From Macrostomum lignano (taxonomy: Eukaryota), in assembly GCA_002269645.1 (NCBI GenBank), contig NIVC01003692.1:18574-82573 (forward strand): a DNA stretch of 64,000 nucleotides. The letters are read 5' to 3'. Within the stretch, counting starts at the first letter, position 1; the number at the start of each line of letters is the position of its first letter. Under the pieces are notes generated by a model. That model saw only the letters and a program-made list of their open reading frames with translations. It made no database searches and was not told where the DNA came from. The translations under genes were made by a program, and so were the position numbers. Positions 27,401-39,000 of the stretch are shown in pieces.

Positions 27401-28527
27401 GCAGAATCACCGAGTTGCGTCTGAAGCGCATCTGCGTCACTTTATGAATTATAATTGCATTTTGCATATATAACAACTCTATTTAGTCTACTTGAGTCAG
27501 TAGAAAGTTAAGCGCTAACACAGCGTCTCTTAGGCGACTCTTTTCGCGATTTTTAACGATTCTGCAACTCACGTGATGCGCTCGAGACTCAACAGTCGCC
27601 TCTTCGTCGCATTATGAGTCATTTGAATCGTTAAAGGCAGTAGTATATGTTGCGCATTGATCAGATTATGTATAATCAATTGCGTTGTCTTCACAGTGCG
27701 GCGATGTGACCATCACAAACCACCGGACCGGGCACCGGTGCGAGCTCCGCTGGCACCAGTCGTCCTGGTTCAGCTCCGATTATCACCGGATCACCGGCTA
27801 CATCTACGACGGGAAGGGCCGGAAGCAGAAGGCGCTGTACGGCAAATGGGTCGATGCTTTCTATAGGTGCGCGGCATTTTAAACACTGCTTTTACTCCCA
27901 GGGATGTACGTTCGAAAATCGCCCCTATCCCACCTCAAGAATCGCCCCTATCCCACCTCAAGAATCGCCCCTATCCCATCTCAAGAATCGCCCCTATCCC
28001 ACCTCAAGAATCGCCCCTATCCCATCTCAAGAATCGCCCCTATCCCACCTCAAGAATCGCCCCTATCCCATCTCAAGAATCGCCCCTATCCCACCTCAAG
28101 AATCGCCCCTATCCCACCTCAAGAATCGCCCCTATCCCATCTCAAGAATCGCCCCTATCCCACCTCAAGAATCGCCCCTATCCCATCTCAAGAATCGCCC
28201 CACCCCAACCAAACGCAGCGTGCCCGCCGACGCGTGGGGCCAGTTCAAGCGTGGAGGCCATCGCCGACGACGCCAGGATTCCAAATCCGCCGACGATGAC
28301 GACGATGATCAGCCGGTTTCGGCTTCAAGCGGCGGTCCCGACAACAACGGCAGCGGCGTCGACAAGAGCGGCCTGCGCAGCAGCCAGTCGGACCGGTCGC
28401 TTGGCTCCGCAGCCAGCCAGTCCGACTCCGTCAACTCCGCCGACGGCGCCGAGGACAACTTCTCGCCAAGCCGCGGTGCCGATACCGACATGCACCTGTC
28501 TGGCCAGGTGATGCCGCTGACAGTGTA

Positions 28528-28602
<75 letters not shown>

Positions 28603-28604
28603 GC

Positions 28605-28686
<82 letters not shown>

Positions 28687-29106
28687 CCATCCTGCAGCCT
28701 CCCAGTTAAGCCAGCAAGCTTCATTTTTTGCCAATCGCAGACCTGCCTGTGGCGCCAGCGGCCGCGGCCCGCAGACTGCGAGAAATACTACAATTTCACC
28801 GCCTTCGCCATGGCTTTAAACGACGACACGGATGCGGAGCTGCTGGCCCGACTGCCGCCAACTGACAGTCGCAGGCGACCGGACGTGCGCGCGTTGGAGA
28901 ATGCGGACAGCGAGCTGGCGCAGTCGGAGAAGGCCCGGCTGGAGGAAAAGCAGCGGCAGGTGTTGAAACTGGCAGGCGGTCTGGAGGCCCGCCGGCTCTG
29001 GTTCAAGCAGTGGCGAAATCCGCACAGCGGAAGCAAAGAAGCCGATTGGCTGTTCTCTGGCGACTACTGGGCCCGGGACTGGACCCGCTGCGCCGATATT
29101 TTTTAA
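24409..29106 (+). CDS. OSBPL2: Oxysterol-binding protein-related protein (ORP1/ORP2-like, ORD only), 7 exons; exon 3 carries two apparent 1-nt deletions
   Basis: Exons 24409-24533, 25308-25518, 25781-25876, 26980-27244, 27697-27866, 28219-28507 and 28741-29106. Motifs MKNCIGKELTRIAMPISFNEPLSFLQR, KPFNP..GETYEL (frame-broken), EQVSHHPP, HNILFGKLWVE, PPTDSRRRPDVRALENAD..AQSEKARLEEKQR, ending CADIF. Exact orthology (OSBPL1 vs OSBPL2) is not resolved. Confidence 0.85.
24890..25278. repeat. 28/31-bp minisatellite (GGCTGGCCCAGCAACTGAGGATCTGGGA)n in OSBP intron 1
   Basis: Direct reading. Confidence 0.95.
25962..26895. repeat. Same 28/31-bp minisatellite family in OSBP intron 3
   Basis: Direct reading. 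Confidence 0.95.
27915..28200. repeat. 23-bp minisatellite (CAAGAATCGCCCCTATCCCAYCT)n in OSBP intron 5
   Basis: Direct reading. Confidence 0.95.
28525..28685. repeat. (CTGT)n microsatellite in OSBP intron 6
   Basis: Direct reading. Confidence 0.97.
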
Positions 29107-29183
29107 TGGTTGATGCCCTATGGTTTGTTAACGGGCTAACTGTGTGGATGAGCAGTTTTTTCCTGAAACCCTGTAATTTAGTG

Positions 29184-31080
29184 GGGATAGCGACGTTTGC
29201 CTGCGGGACGTTTGCCAGCCGACGTTTGCCTGCGGGACGTTTGCCAGCCGACGTTTGCCAGCCGACATTTGCCAGCCGACATTTGCCAGCCGACATTTGC
29301 CAGCCGACGTTTGCCAGCGGGACGTTTGCCAGTCGGACGTTTGCCAGCCGACATTTGCCAGCCGACGTTTGCCTGCGGGACGTTTGCCAGCCGACGTTTG
29401 CCTGCGGGACGTTTGCCAGCCGACGTTTGCCAGCCGACGTTTGCCAGCCGACGTTTGCCAGTGGGACGTTTGCCAGCCGAAGTTTGCCTGCCGGACGTTT
29501 GCCAGCCGACGTTTGCCTGCGGACGTTTGCCTGCGGGACGTTTGCCAGCCGACGTTTGCCGGCCGACGTTTGCCAGCCGACGTTTGCCAGCGGGACGTTT
29601 GCCAGCCGAAGTTTGCCTGCCGGACGTTTGCCTGCCGGACGTTTGCCGGCCGACGTTTGCCAGCCGACGTTTGCCTGCCGGAAGTTTGCCAGCCAAAATT
29701 TGCTAGCCAATATAAAGCCAGTCAGTGAAAAATTTGATACTGAAACATTCGCAGTTTAGCGGTTTGACAAAAACCGTTTTTACTCCAACTTTTTGACGGT
29801 TATTCGCATGTATACAAGTTTGAAAGCAAAATATATAAATTATGCAGTTCATCAGTCTAACGTCTAATATCTAGTTTAACAACGATTTTGGCACAACATA
29901 TCAAAAGATGAACATTGGGTTTGCCTGGTATGAAAGCAATAACAATTGTTGTGCTGAAAAGATGAAAACTTCCTATCTCCCTATGGCCTTCAAAACATTT
30001 TTCATAGATTTCGAGTGCTGCGTACTTCTACTTTAGTAGTCCTTGGCATGACTAAGCTTTGCATATGTAGTGTCTAGCGCTTGCTATTCTACTAGCTTGC
30101 TACTGGCGGTTTGTCTGGCTATTCAGCTATATAGCTTACTATAAAAACGTACCGCATTCGACTCGTCTACACATGTACGTTGAGATCGCGGTTTCCTGGC
30201 TTACTTGAGTAGTAATACAACAGCATTGGAATCAATTTGCTTACTTTTGGATCTCCCATGAACTGAGAAATATATGAGCCAGAATTACCGCTCAGCAGCT
30301 CTTTTTGTTTGCCTCATAACTTAATCGCTGGAGATTCCCGTTGTAATCTGCGCGTCTTCTTTCGCACATCAAAAATCAAACATCTCAAACTGGGAAAAAC
30401 GATACACAATTGTCAAAAGTAAACAATATTTTCACATTCAAAGAAAATCGTTGTTAAACTGGATATTAGATGTAAATCTATATAAATTGCATAATATATA
30501 AATTGCATAATGCATAATTGCATAATTTATATAGATTTTGCATAAATTTCATAATTTATAGATTTTGCTTTCAAACTTGTATATATGCGAATGACCGTCA
30601 GAAAGTTGGAGTAAAAACGGTTTTTGTCAAACCGCTAAACTGCGAATGTTTCAGTATCAAATTTTTCACTGACTGGCTTTATATTGGCTAGCAAATTTTG
30701 GCTGGCAAACTTCCGGCAGGCAAACGTCGGCTGGCAAACGTCGGCTGGCAAACGTCCGGCAGGCAAACGTCGGCTGGCAAATGTCGGCTGGCAAACGTCC
30801 GACTGGCAAACGTCCCGCTGGCAAACGTCGGCTGGCAAATGTCGGCTGGCAAATGTCGGCTGGCAAATGTCGGCTGGCAAACGTCGGCTGGCAAACGTCG
30901 GCTGGCAAACGTCGGCTGGCAAACGTCCCGCAGGCAAACGTCCGGCAGGCAAACTTCGGCTGGCAAACGTCCCGCTGGCAAACGTCGGCTGGCAAACGTC
31001 GGCTGGCAAATTTCGGCTGGCAAACGTCCCGCAGGCAAACGTCGGCTGGCAAACGTCCCGCAGGCAAACGTCGTAGACCC
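29184..31080. mobile_element. Non-autonomous foldback (MULE-like) element, 1897 bp
   Basis: 9-bp TSD AATTTAGTG at 29175-29183 and 31081-31089; ends are GGG..CCC. Arms of about 700 and 630 bp are inverted copies, each with outer 14-15-bp tandem units (GCCAGCCGACGTTT) and a unique inner segment. The spacer of about 550 bp is non-coding. Confidence 0.88.
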
Positions 31081-31091
31081 AATTTAGTGGT

Positions 31092-31350
31092 ACTACTGAT
31101 AGTAGTTAAATTTAACTAATAGCGGTCCTAGATTACGATTGGCATGACCGCTTGCGCCTACTGATAGTAGTTAAATTTAACTAATAGCGGTCCTAGATTA
31201 CGATTGGCATGACCGCTTGCGCCTACTGATAGTAGTTAAATTTAACTAATAGCGGTCCTAGATTACGATTGGCATGACCGCTTGTGCCTACTGATAGTAG
31301 TTAAATTTAACTACCCGTAGTCATAGATTACAATTCGCATGACCGCTTTT
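31092..31350. repeat. 65-bp tandem repeat, 3 full copies plus 1 degenerate copy, with an internal palindrome and hairpin
   Basis: Unit TACTGATAGTAGTTAAATTTAACTAATAGCGGTCCTAGATTACGATTGGCATGACCGCTTGCGCC. Confidence 0.9.
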
Positions 31351-34029
31351 GCCTACTAATAGTGCATATTTAAGTAGAAAATTGCATTATATTTGTCGGG
31401 TGGTATTTGAGCAAACGCAATTTTTTTTTGCTTTCAGTAGTCTACAGTTCGATTTAAATAGTTCTACTTAAATATATTATATAAGGTAATGTGTTTGTAT
31501 GGTTCGATGTTTTGGTTAGAGCAAAGCTGGGTAATCCTTGGATTATTTTTCCTTCAAACCGAATTAGTTTTAATCCATCCACATTACTTGCATACCTGTT
31601 TGTTTGTGCTTGATTTCTTGCTCGTTCAATCTAGTTCATACTAATTCTCTATTATTATCATTTATTTGCGTTTATTAGTTTTCGAAGCTATATATATTTG
31701 TAGCATAAAGTTGTATTTGAATCAGCACTGGTTTTGTTAAACTTAAGAGTCACTTTGAGCTGCGAGTGGGTCATAATGGTAGCTGATAATTGCATGTATT
31801 GAAGAAGCGTTTGCAAGCACTTTGATCCTTCCTTTGCTTATAAAATAATGTGGTCCAATCTATCATTTCCCGGTCCATCATTGTTTCTTTTGATTTGAAA
31901 CTTTCAAGAATCCATGATTATATACCTTCTTATCCATATGGTTCTCATCTCTTTACTTTTGCTGTATGAATAGCTTTTGCTTTACATCAATATGCAAATA
32001 CTTGATGAAGATGCTTATAAATGCACCTTTGCTTATAGTTGTCCAGTCATTTGCACAATCAATCAAGTTTTTATATTTCCATTTGCTTGCGTTTTTTTAC
32101 ATTTTCAAGCGCGATTTCTTCTTGCTTACTAATAATAGTATTATGGGGACGTTAGTGTCTGTATTTTGTTAACAATGCTTTCTTGCTAGTAACTTTTGGT
32201 GCATGTAGCGCGTATTTTTTAGTAGATTCAGTCGAATGTATTATTTGGGTAATGAGGACTCAATTGCATGTATGTTTAAGTTGATGTCACAAAATACTTC
32301 AGGCCTCTAATATCAGGTTATGGATTGCAGCATATGTGCTATATCTATACGCGTTTCACCAGAAACAAGGCGCCTCCTTTATTGTAATAATTACCCCCAA
32401 AAATATTGTTATTTTATTGAATTTTTTTCTATGAACGTTATTCGATGTGTTATACTTTATTTATCGTATAGTTTAAATGCTTTAGACGTATTTATTCTCT
32501 TTACTATACTTGTTCTATAGTCACGTTCATGATGTATTGAATACGTGTATACTTATGCGTAAATTAATATATCGAATAATTAATGCAAATAATCACTTGC
32601 ACTACGCGGTTGCTTCGAGAATCTGCTAAGAGACTGCATTCATTTCTACTGATTCCTACTTATTTTAGTACGTTCGGTCTCCAGAAAACATTCATTTGGG
32701 TGATTCTATATTCTACCATCCAGCTTTCTCCTGCGCAGCACGTCTCTGTCGGTGGTTGTCTATTCTACACTGGCAAGGAAATTATACCTTATATTTTTCA
32801 TGTGGGAGCAATTAACTATATGAATGGATGTACATGTACATGTACATGTATGTAGTACGTACGTCAAAATTCAATAATTAATATATGCTCATTTGTATTA
32901 AAATTCACGAATGATATGCGGCAGTCTCAGGAGAATCACGTCAAAGGTTCATCTTCACTTGACTCATGAGCGCACATGTACTTTTTTGTTAGGTGAAGGT
33001 GGAGTAACCATCACATGTATTTAATTAACAATATCAAAGATATACATGCACCAATGTGGAGTTTTATTTATTTATTGTATTGTAATGTTATGTACGCTGA
33101 AACTCAATTAAGCAGGCCCGAGTGTTAATTGAGTTCAGAAGTGCAAAGTAATAATTTTAATAAAAAGATGCATTTTTGCATTTCAATTTTCTTTCCTACG
33201 TGTCCAAGCAAAAATAATCGACTGTATGCACATGTTTTAAAGTCAAAGTTTCAAAGCTGTTCCATGAACGTTTTTTAATTATGAAAAGGTTTTCTCCAAT
33301 TAAACGAAGCAGTGGGATTTTTGATTTCAGCAAATCGCTTTATTTTAGGAGGCTAAAAGCGCTGTGGAATTCGATGAAAATTTACTTTTTTCATGAACTC
33401 AAATGTAGTTCACCAGTCAGCTGTTTTCATAATGGTTTATAGCTCGTATAGGTAATAAGTTAACACGCTGGGATGCTGCTGATGACCGAAGCTGATGTAA
33501 CAGAACTAAGTTAAACGTTTTAATACAGACTTCGATAAAAGCAAAATACTTAACGCACTCTCTTTCTAGGAACATCAGCACGCTGCCACTAATTCAAAAA
33601 GGGTTATTTCCAAGATTTAAAAAAATTCTGCAGTGCTAGTGGTAAAAACGTACTGGTATATTACGAGAAAACCTTTTTGGTCTTATATGGTTTTAAATAT
33701 ACAATCACTTAATAGTATTATTTTTTAATATTCGATGGAATGGAATTTCCATATAGCCATTGACATTACTTGTATGTTTAATTTTTCCTGTGTTGTGAAG
33801 GCCAACATGTTCTTAAAAAACATTGCTTGCATTAAATGCTGAATGAAAAGAATTATTTTTCCAAATGAATACTATCAATACTATGAATTCTATCTAAAAG
33901 CACCATAGAAGTTAAAAACATTTATCTGGCTTAAATCCAAGGAAATTATAACTCTTTTAGGTTTTTATATAGGCCTACTTATTGATCTTGATCTTGGAAT
34001 TCATGGCTTTGTAATTGTATATTGTATAC

Positions 34030-34858
34030 CAGTGGCGGATCTATAGTTTCATATTGGGGTGGGGTGGTCCAAGTTTGGGGCAAAACATGAGTATTACTAT
34101 TAGGGTGCCAATTTTAAAGCTAGGTTTGCTTTTTTAATTAAAGCTAGGGATGCAAATATGCATATAGGAGGCAGAAAATCAAGTTTAGAGATGTAAACTA
34201 GGCTTTTAGGGGTGCAATATGTTATAGGGCCTATCAAGGTATTTTGGGGGATGTGCAGCAGCCCTTGTTGTATACCTTAGTCTTTTAAAGGCTATAAAGT
34301 CATATTTGCAAAATTTCTTATTTTCCAAGTAGATATCTTAGGGGCTTTAAAATAGTATAAACCTAGGCCCTAGTCCTAGAGATTAATGCATTTTTATGCT
34401 TTGTAAAAAAATAATTTTTAAGATACACTTGACACAAAGAACCATTAAAGCCAGAATAAAGAAGGAAAAAAGGCAAGCACAAAATGATTTAGCTAAAAAT
34501 ATTAAGTAAAATCTTTGTTAATATTATTTAAAGTTAATATGCTTTGAAGTATGCTAGAATATGCATAGACCTAAAATAGTTGAGCTAGGCCTATTTAGTT
34601 TATTTTCATTATTAGTTTTTTAATTTATGATTATTTTCTATTGCATTTATTAGTTTATTAAATAGACTAAGAATTGTAAATAGTATATAAAATGAGTTTT
34701 CTTTCTGGCACCATCTTTTTTGCTTGTCATAGCTTTGCTTATTAGTTGCTAGACTAACTAGCTAAAGATAGAAAAACTATGATATGCTATACACAATGGT
34801 AGATAAAAGATATTAAAAGCATTTTGAAATAGCTGCCCTTCCCCTGGATCTATCATTT
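34030..34858. mobile_element. Old hAT-like MITE (degenerate)
   Basis: The left end CAGTGGCGGATCTA is a typical hAT-MITE terminus. There is only a degenerate partner (CCCCTGGATCTATCATTT) near 34850, and no TSD. Confidence 0.3.
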
Positions 34859-36001
34859 CTTATAGAAAAAGGAAAAACAAGAAAGCATTTGAGCAAGATT
34901 CTCTAGGTCAATATATTTATAAGTTGAATAAAAGTGTACAATATGTGAGTGAGGTTAGGCCTAATATGGGATGAGATGATTAGTAAAGAATAAAAGTGGT
35001 ATGATCAATCATTGGAAAATATAAGCAACATAAATATGCTTACCTAATTGAGCATGCATGTCGCTATTGAAAATCCTAGATGCAAAAGTATAAACATAGA
35101 CAACTCTAGAATACTTATATTAAAAGTTATCAACTTTTGGTAATAGGATTAGCCTTAGCGTACACTAGGTATCATTATTGGCTCTATTGTATAACACTAT
35201 TTTTGGTGCCATTTTGTTTGCAGACTTTTGGCATCTTTATATGATGAATAAAAAATATATAAAAATTCAAGACAATAAAGTGATATGCTATTTCAAATTT
35301 TTAAGTTTGTGGACAATATAGATAGTAATATTAAAAATAAGTAAAATGATTACAACAGTTTAGCTTTTGATGCTATATATATATTAAGCATTCCAATTTT
35401 GGTAGATAATTGAGTATAAAAATGCAGGTATAGGACTGTCTAGAGCTTGTCAAGGTAAAGAGCAATAGAGTACATAATCAGCAATGCTTGAGAATTTTAA
35501 AGGAGTGGCAGTGAGTGATCTAAGAGCAGACAACTCTATTTGAAAAAGTTGCTTAATTGCAGATAGCCATTTAGTGGTCAAAGTGTCCATTTATGATAAC
35601 TATCAGCATTGAAAATTGTCATATAAATCAGTTGAGACTACAAGTAGGCTAAAGGAGAAATATTCACTATATCAGCATAATTCAGCATTGCACACATTCG
35701 CGAGTAGTATATAGAAGGCTTTAATCTCTTGCTAGTGGCGCTTAACTTTGATTGGCCAATCGAAGTAGCGAGGACCGAAGTAGAACTTGTGTTCAGACAA
35801 ATTTGTATGGCTTTGGATTTTTCCCATATTCCCGCGCATTGTGAACTCCAAAAAGCCACTCAAAGCCAATAACCACCTTACAGACCCAGTCAGCATCGAG
35901 TCTGCAGTGTATTTCATCAAGCTGGTTTCGAGCTGTAGGTTTAACAATCATCTGTCTTTATTCTCTTAGAAAATAAAGCAAAAAGAAACCAGCAACCAGC
36001 A

Positions 36002-39000
36002 ATGGGATGCACATTGAGCGCAGAGGAGAATAGAGCCAACCGTAATTCTCAATCGATCGATCGGAATTTAAAAAGGGAGCGGCTTCAGGCTGCTAAAGAT
36101 ATTAAACTGCTGCTTCTGGGTGAGTTGCCCTGTTTGGATTGTCTATGCACGAGCTGTTTAGCCCGCTGTTTGTCAAATAATTAATCTTTGTCCATGAGAC
36201 TTCAGTAAAGCAGAATTCATCAAAAGAAAGAAGGTAGAATGGAACACAGGAAACAAAAGACCGATACGCAATTCTGGAATGTGAAATACGAAAGTTAGAG
36301 TAGCTAATCTATTCATACAGAAAGCGAATGAATTCATAACAGACTCGTAGTAATACCTATGGGTACGAGGGCTGAAAAGCGCTGCGAAGAGAGGATCTGT
36401 TGACCTCCCTATTTTCCCGGGCACACAACATTTCGGCCTTTGCCTTGTCATAATTGGGTCCTAATGTTTCGTCTATGGACAAAACTTGAATTGGTAGATT
36501 TTGATCCGAATGGTTTGTCTATGGTCAAAACTTGTATGATCTGATTGGTTCTGGTCAGACTTTAACAGCCGCCAAAGCAGAAAAATTGTCTTGTGGCTTC
36601 ATAGTGCGACCAATACTTAGCACATCAAACATTCAACTCAGAATCAGTTTCAGTGATTGGGCTTTACATGTCCAAGATGCCGCTTGTCGAGTCGAGACTC
36701 TTTCCCAAAGCCGTTGAAGATCAGGACCGATTCACTGCATTAGTATTCGTCGACTGTAGTTTTTAGCAAGAACACCCTACATGATCTTTCGTTCTTTCGT
36801 GTCGGACTCAGCCAGGACCATCTATGCAATGATGTTCACGAACTTGATCGACAGCTGGAGAGAACAAACTAGTCCAATATACTAAAAATGGTCTGTCTGT
36901 GTCTATCTATCTATCTATCTATGTGATCGATTAGAGAAAAAATGGCTGGACCGATTTTGTTCAAACTTAACTAAATAAACTAAATCACCAATAAATCTGA
37001 ATTTTTCAAGTTAAAGAAAAAAGATTGCTTGTAGCTATGCAGTTGCGGACCCAGTGGGCACAGCAGGTCTAGAGTCATAGGTAGTCTTCAGCTCTTGCTT
37101 GGCTTGTAAATTAGGTGAGAAGTGCCAGCTTTAGAAAAATGAATTGATTTATCCAACTAATAAAGACGCAGATCCACCATTTCTTGACTGCCTTTAATTA
37201 ATCTATAGCTCTCCTTTGTCTTATTCAATTTGCAACGCGCCCGTATTTGCATCGCTCGCTTTTATTTCTCTTTTACTTAAGAAGCCACATCAATATAATT
37301 GTGATTAGGTGCAGGAAAATTTTATTATTGATGAATTTGAGATCGTGAAGCTAAATGAGAGAGAGGGCTAGAAATTTTTGAGTAGCTAAACAAAAAACTG
37401 ACTAAAATCTTAACAATAAATCAATCTGACCGCGACATCTACAGATAGATCTTCCTGATCACAATTTTAGGTGTTGCCTTATCGCTGCTTCTTTCCTCTT
37501 AACTCTGCTTGCTCACCTGTTGCTGCTCTGTGCCATTCAGTCTTAGTCTGCCGCACTGCTACTGCGTGTCATAATAATGTTAGATAGGGCTGAATAACTT
37601 TCAAACATAACGCAAGCAACTAAAGACGTTGAGACTTGAGAATTTACGATAAGCTAAGGATTATAAACGAATAGACCACATGTAACGATATATACAGATT
37701 TTGTCGGCAGCAATTGCGTAAGCTGAAGCCCACAAAGCAATTGCTCCGTGAAAGAATCTGTCTGTCGTTATTGTACCCTATTGACTATGTTTTTCGGCAG
37801 TAAGCCTTTCGGTAAAAATTCGATTGTTTGCCGACTGTTTTAGATTGTTGCCGGAAAATTATCGGATTAATTTGGCTATGGAAAAGAATCGAAACATGTC
37901 AACGACGAACAACAACAAAAATAACGAAGTAGTTTTGTTTCACTGTCACAAATAAGTTTGTAAGGACAAAGCGAATAACTGAGCGGTCTTACTTTACTTT
38001 TTCACCTGGTGATTAATGGACAGGTATTCCAGGTGCCGTTAAATTGCCGCACGAAAACAGATGAGGGACTTCGGCGTGTAGTATGTTCCATCCTGCTTAC
38101 GAAGAGACGAATAGAAAAGCCTCAGATAATCGTTCAGGAATCGATCCGGTACACGCTCAAACTCCTGGCAGAGTCCCTTCTCATTGAGGAACTGGCGGAA
38201 CCTTGCCAGTAGCATCTCACTCTCAGCAATGAGGAATGTATTATCTCAGCAATGAGGAATGTAGCATCTCAGCAATGAGGAATGTAGCATCTCAGCAATG
38301 ATGAATGTAGCATCTCAGCAATGATGAATGTAGCATCTCAGCAATGATGAATGTAGCATCTCAGCAATGATGAATGTAGCATCTCAGCAATGATGAATGT
38401 AGCATCTCAGCAATGAGGAATGTAGCATCTCAGCAATGAGGAATGTAGCATCTCAGCAATGAGGAATGTAGCATCTCAGCAATGATGAATGTAGCATCTC
38501 AGCAATGATGAATGTAGCATCTCAGCAATGATGAATGTAGCATCTCAGCAATGATGAATGTAGCATCTCAGCAATGATGAATGTAGCATCTCAGCAATGA
38601 GGAATGTAGCATCTCAGCAATGAGGAATGTAGCATCTCAGCAACGAGGAATGTAGCATCTCAGCAATGAGGAATGTAGCATCTGTAGGGATTTAAATGAA
38701 TAAGGCGTAAAGGCGGTGGTTCTTAATATTATTGCTAATAAGATAGGTTCGTAAGATAGGTCGAAGAAACTGCAACCGTTTGATTGCGGGTGCTTTATAT
38801 TTATAGCTTTCTCATGGAACATTCTGGAAGAGGGAGTTTTCTAGAAAGAGTTCGCGCGGGAATTCAGGTTACTATATTTAGAATCATATACGGTATAGCG
38901 AGGAAACTTCTAGAATGAAATGTTTACTGCATGAATGGTCTGAAAGTTTTGCACAGGTTTAGTACAAGGTCACTACACATCTCAGCAATGAGTAATGTAG

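Noticed and set aside
29003-31119. ANVGWQTS/RLPADV repeat ORFs
   Set aside because: They come from the foldback subterminal repeats and are open on both strands.
31092-31350. CRISPR-like appearance of palindromic repeats
   Set aside because: No unique spacers, no cas genes, eukaryotic context.
31500-32220. Possible decayed MULE/SWIM-like coding relic on the minus strand (..NYKQRCIYKHLHQV..)
   Set aside because: Many stops and only a loose motif resemblance; needs TBLASTN or an HMM search.
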